NCBI GenBank assembly: GCA_010909165.1
Contig: MU008168.1
Coordinates: 434,001-498,000, forward strand
Length of the DNA stretch: 64,000 bases
Direction of reading: 5' to 3'
Origin: Anthoceros angustus
Lineage: Eukaryota > Plantae > Anthocerotophyta
The notes beneath the pieces were generated by a model, which worked only from the letters and a program-made list of their open reading frames with translations, made no database searches and was not told the DNA's origin. A program made the translations under genes and the position numbers. Positions 63,736 through 64,000 of the stretch are shown one piece after another (the first letter of the stretch is position 1; the number at the start of each line of letters is the position of its first letter).

Positions 63736-64000
63736 TAAATACGAGAGATGCAACATCTTCAATTCATGTGGTAAGTAGGCCCTTTCTTGCCTTCCAGAAA
63801 GCAAGCATACGAGGCCCATGAAGAAGATGAAGAAACTTCAGGTATTCAATACCGAGAGCCTGTGATGGGCTTTCATTCCCATGTGAGCAACACATATTTC
63901 CGAAATTGTAGTTGCTGCAGATAATGTTGTGCGACCTCTGAGGTTGGAAGCAATAGCATATACCAAACACTACTACATTATGCAATGAAATATGACGAGG

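Noticed and set aside
63096-64000. Short minus-strand ORFs as exons of a further host gene
   Set aside because: No recognisable domain, and the region overlaps degraded retroelement sequence. It cannot be resolved at the window edge.

Overview
Nuclear DNA of a land plant with compact genes and short GT-AG introns. A seed-free lineage such as a Selaginella-like lycophyte is my inference, from intron size and the abundance of CRE-type retroelement relics. Host genes in 1-27 kb are a 2OG-Fe(II) dioxygenase (partial), tRNA-Asn(GTT), a calmodulin-dependent NAD kinase (NADKc-like), PNGase A, a Kelch-guanylate kinase and a Tubby-like F-box gene. Between the divergent PNGase A and guanylate kinase genes sits a 12.4-kb head-to-tail macro-repeat. 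Each unit joins the 3' coding half of a CRE-clade (restriction-like endonuclease) non-LTR retrotransposon to a 4-5 kb, strand-biased ~137-bp satellite carrying plant telomere motifs (CCCTAAA). Positions 27085-62116 form one ~35-kb DNA transposon with ~45-bp TIRs and an exact AGTGAAGTA target-site duplication. It has degenerate Mutator-like DDE, SWIM and Ulp1-like coding remnants, a convergent second ORF and internal hairpin arrays. Nested inside is a 16.5-kb Ty3/gypsy non-chromovirus LTR retrotransposon with a GAGGG TSD, whose >3-kb LTRs appear to carry their own protein-coding gene. Repeat copies differ mainly by 1-bp indels while host genes are clean, so some frameshifts and ~1.1-1.4-kb duplications may be long-read assembly noise. 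All protein family calls rest on motifs I recognised by eye and need HMM confirmation.
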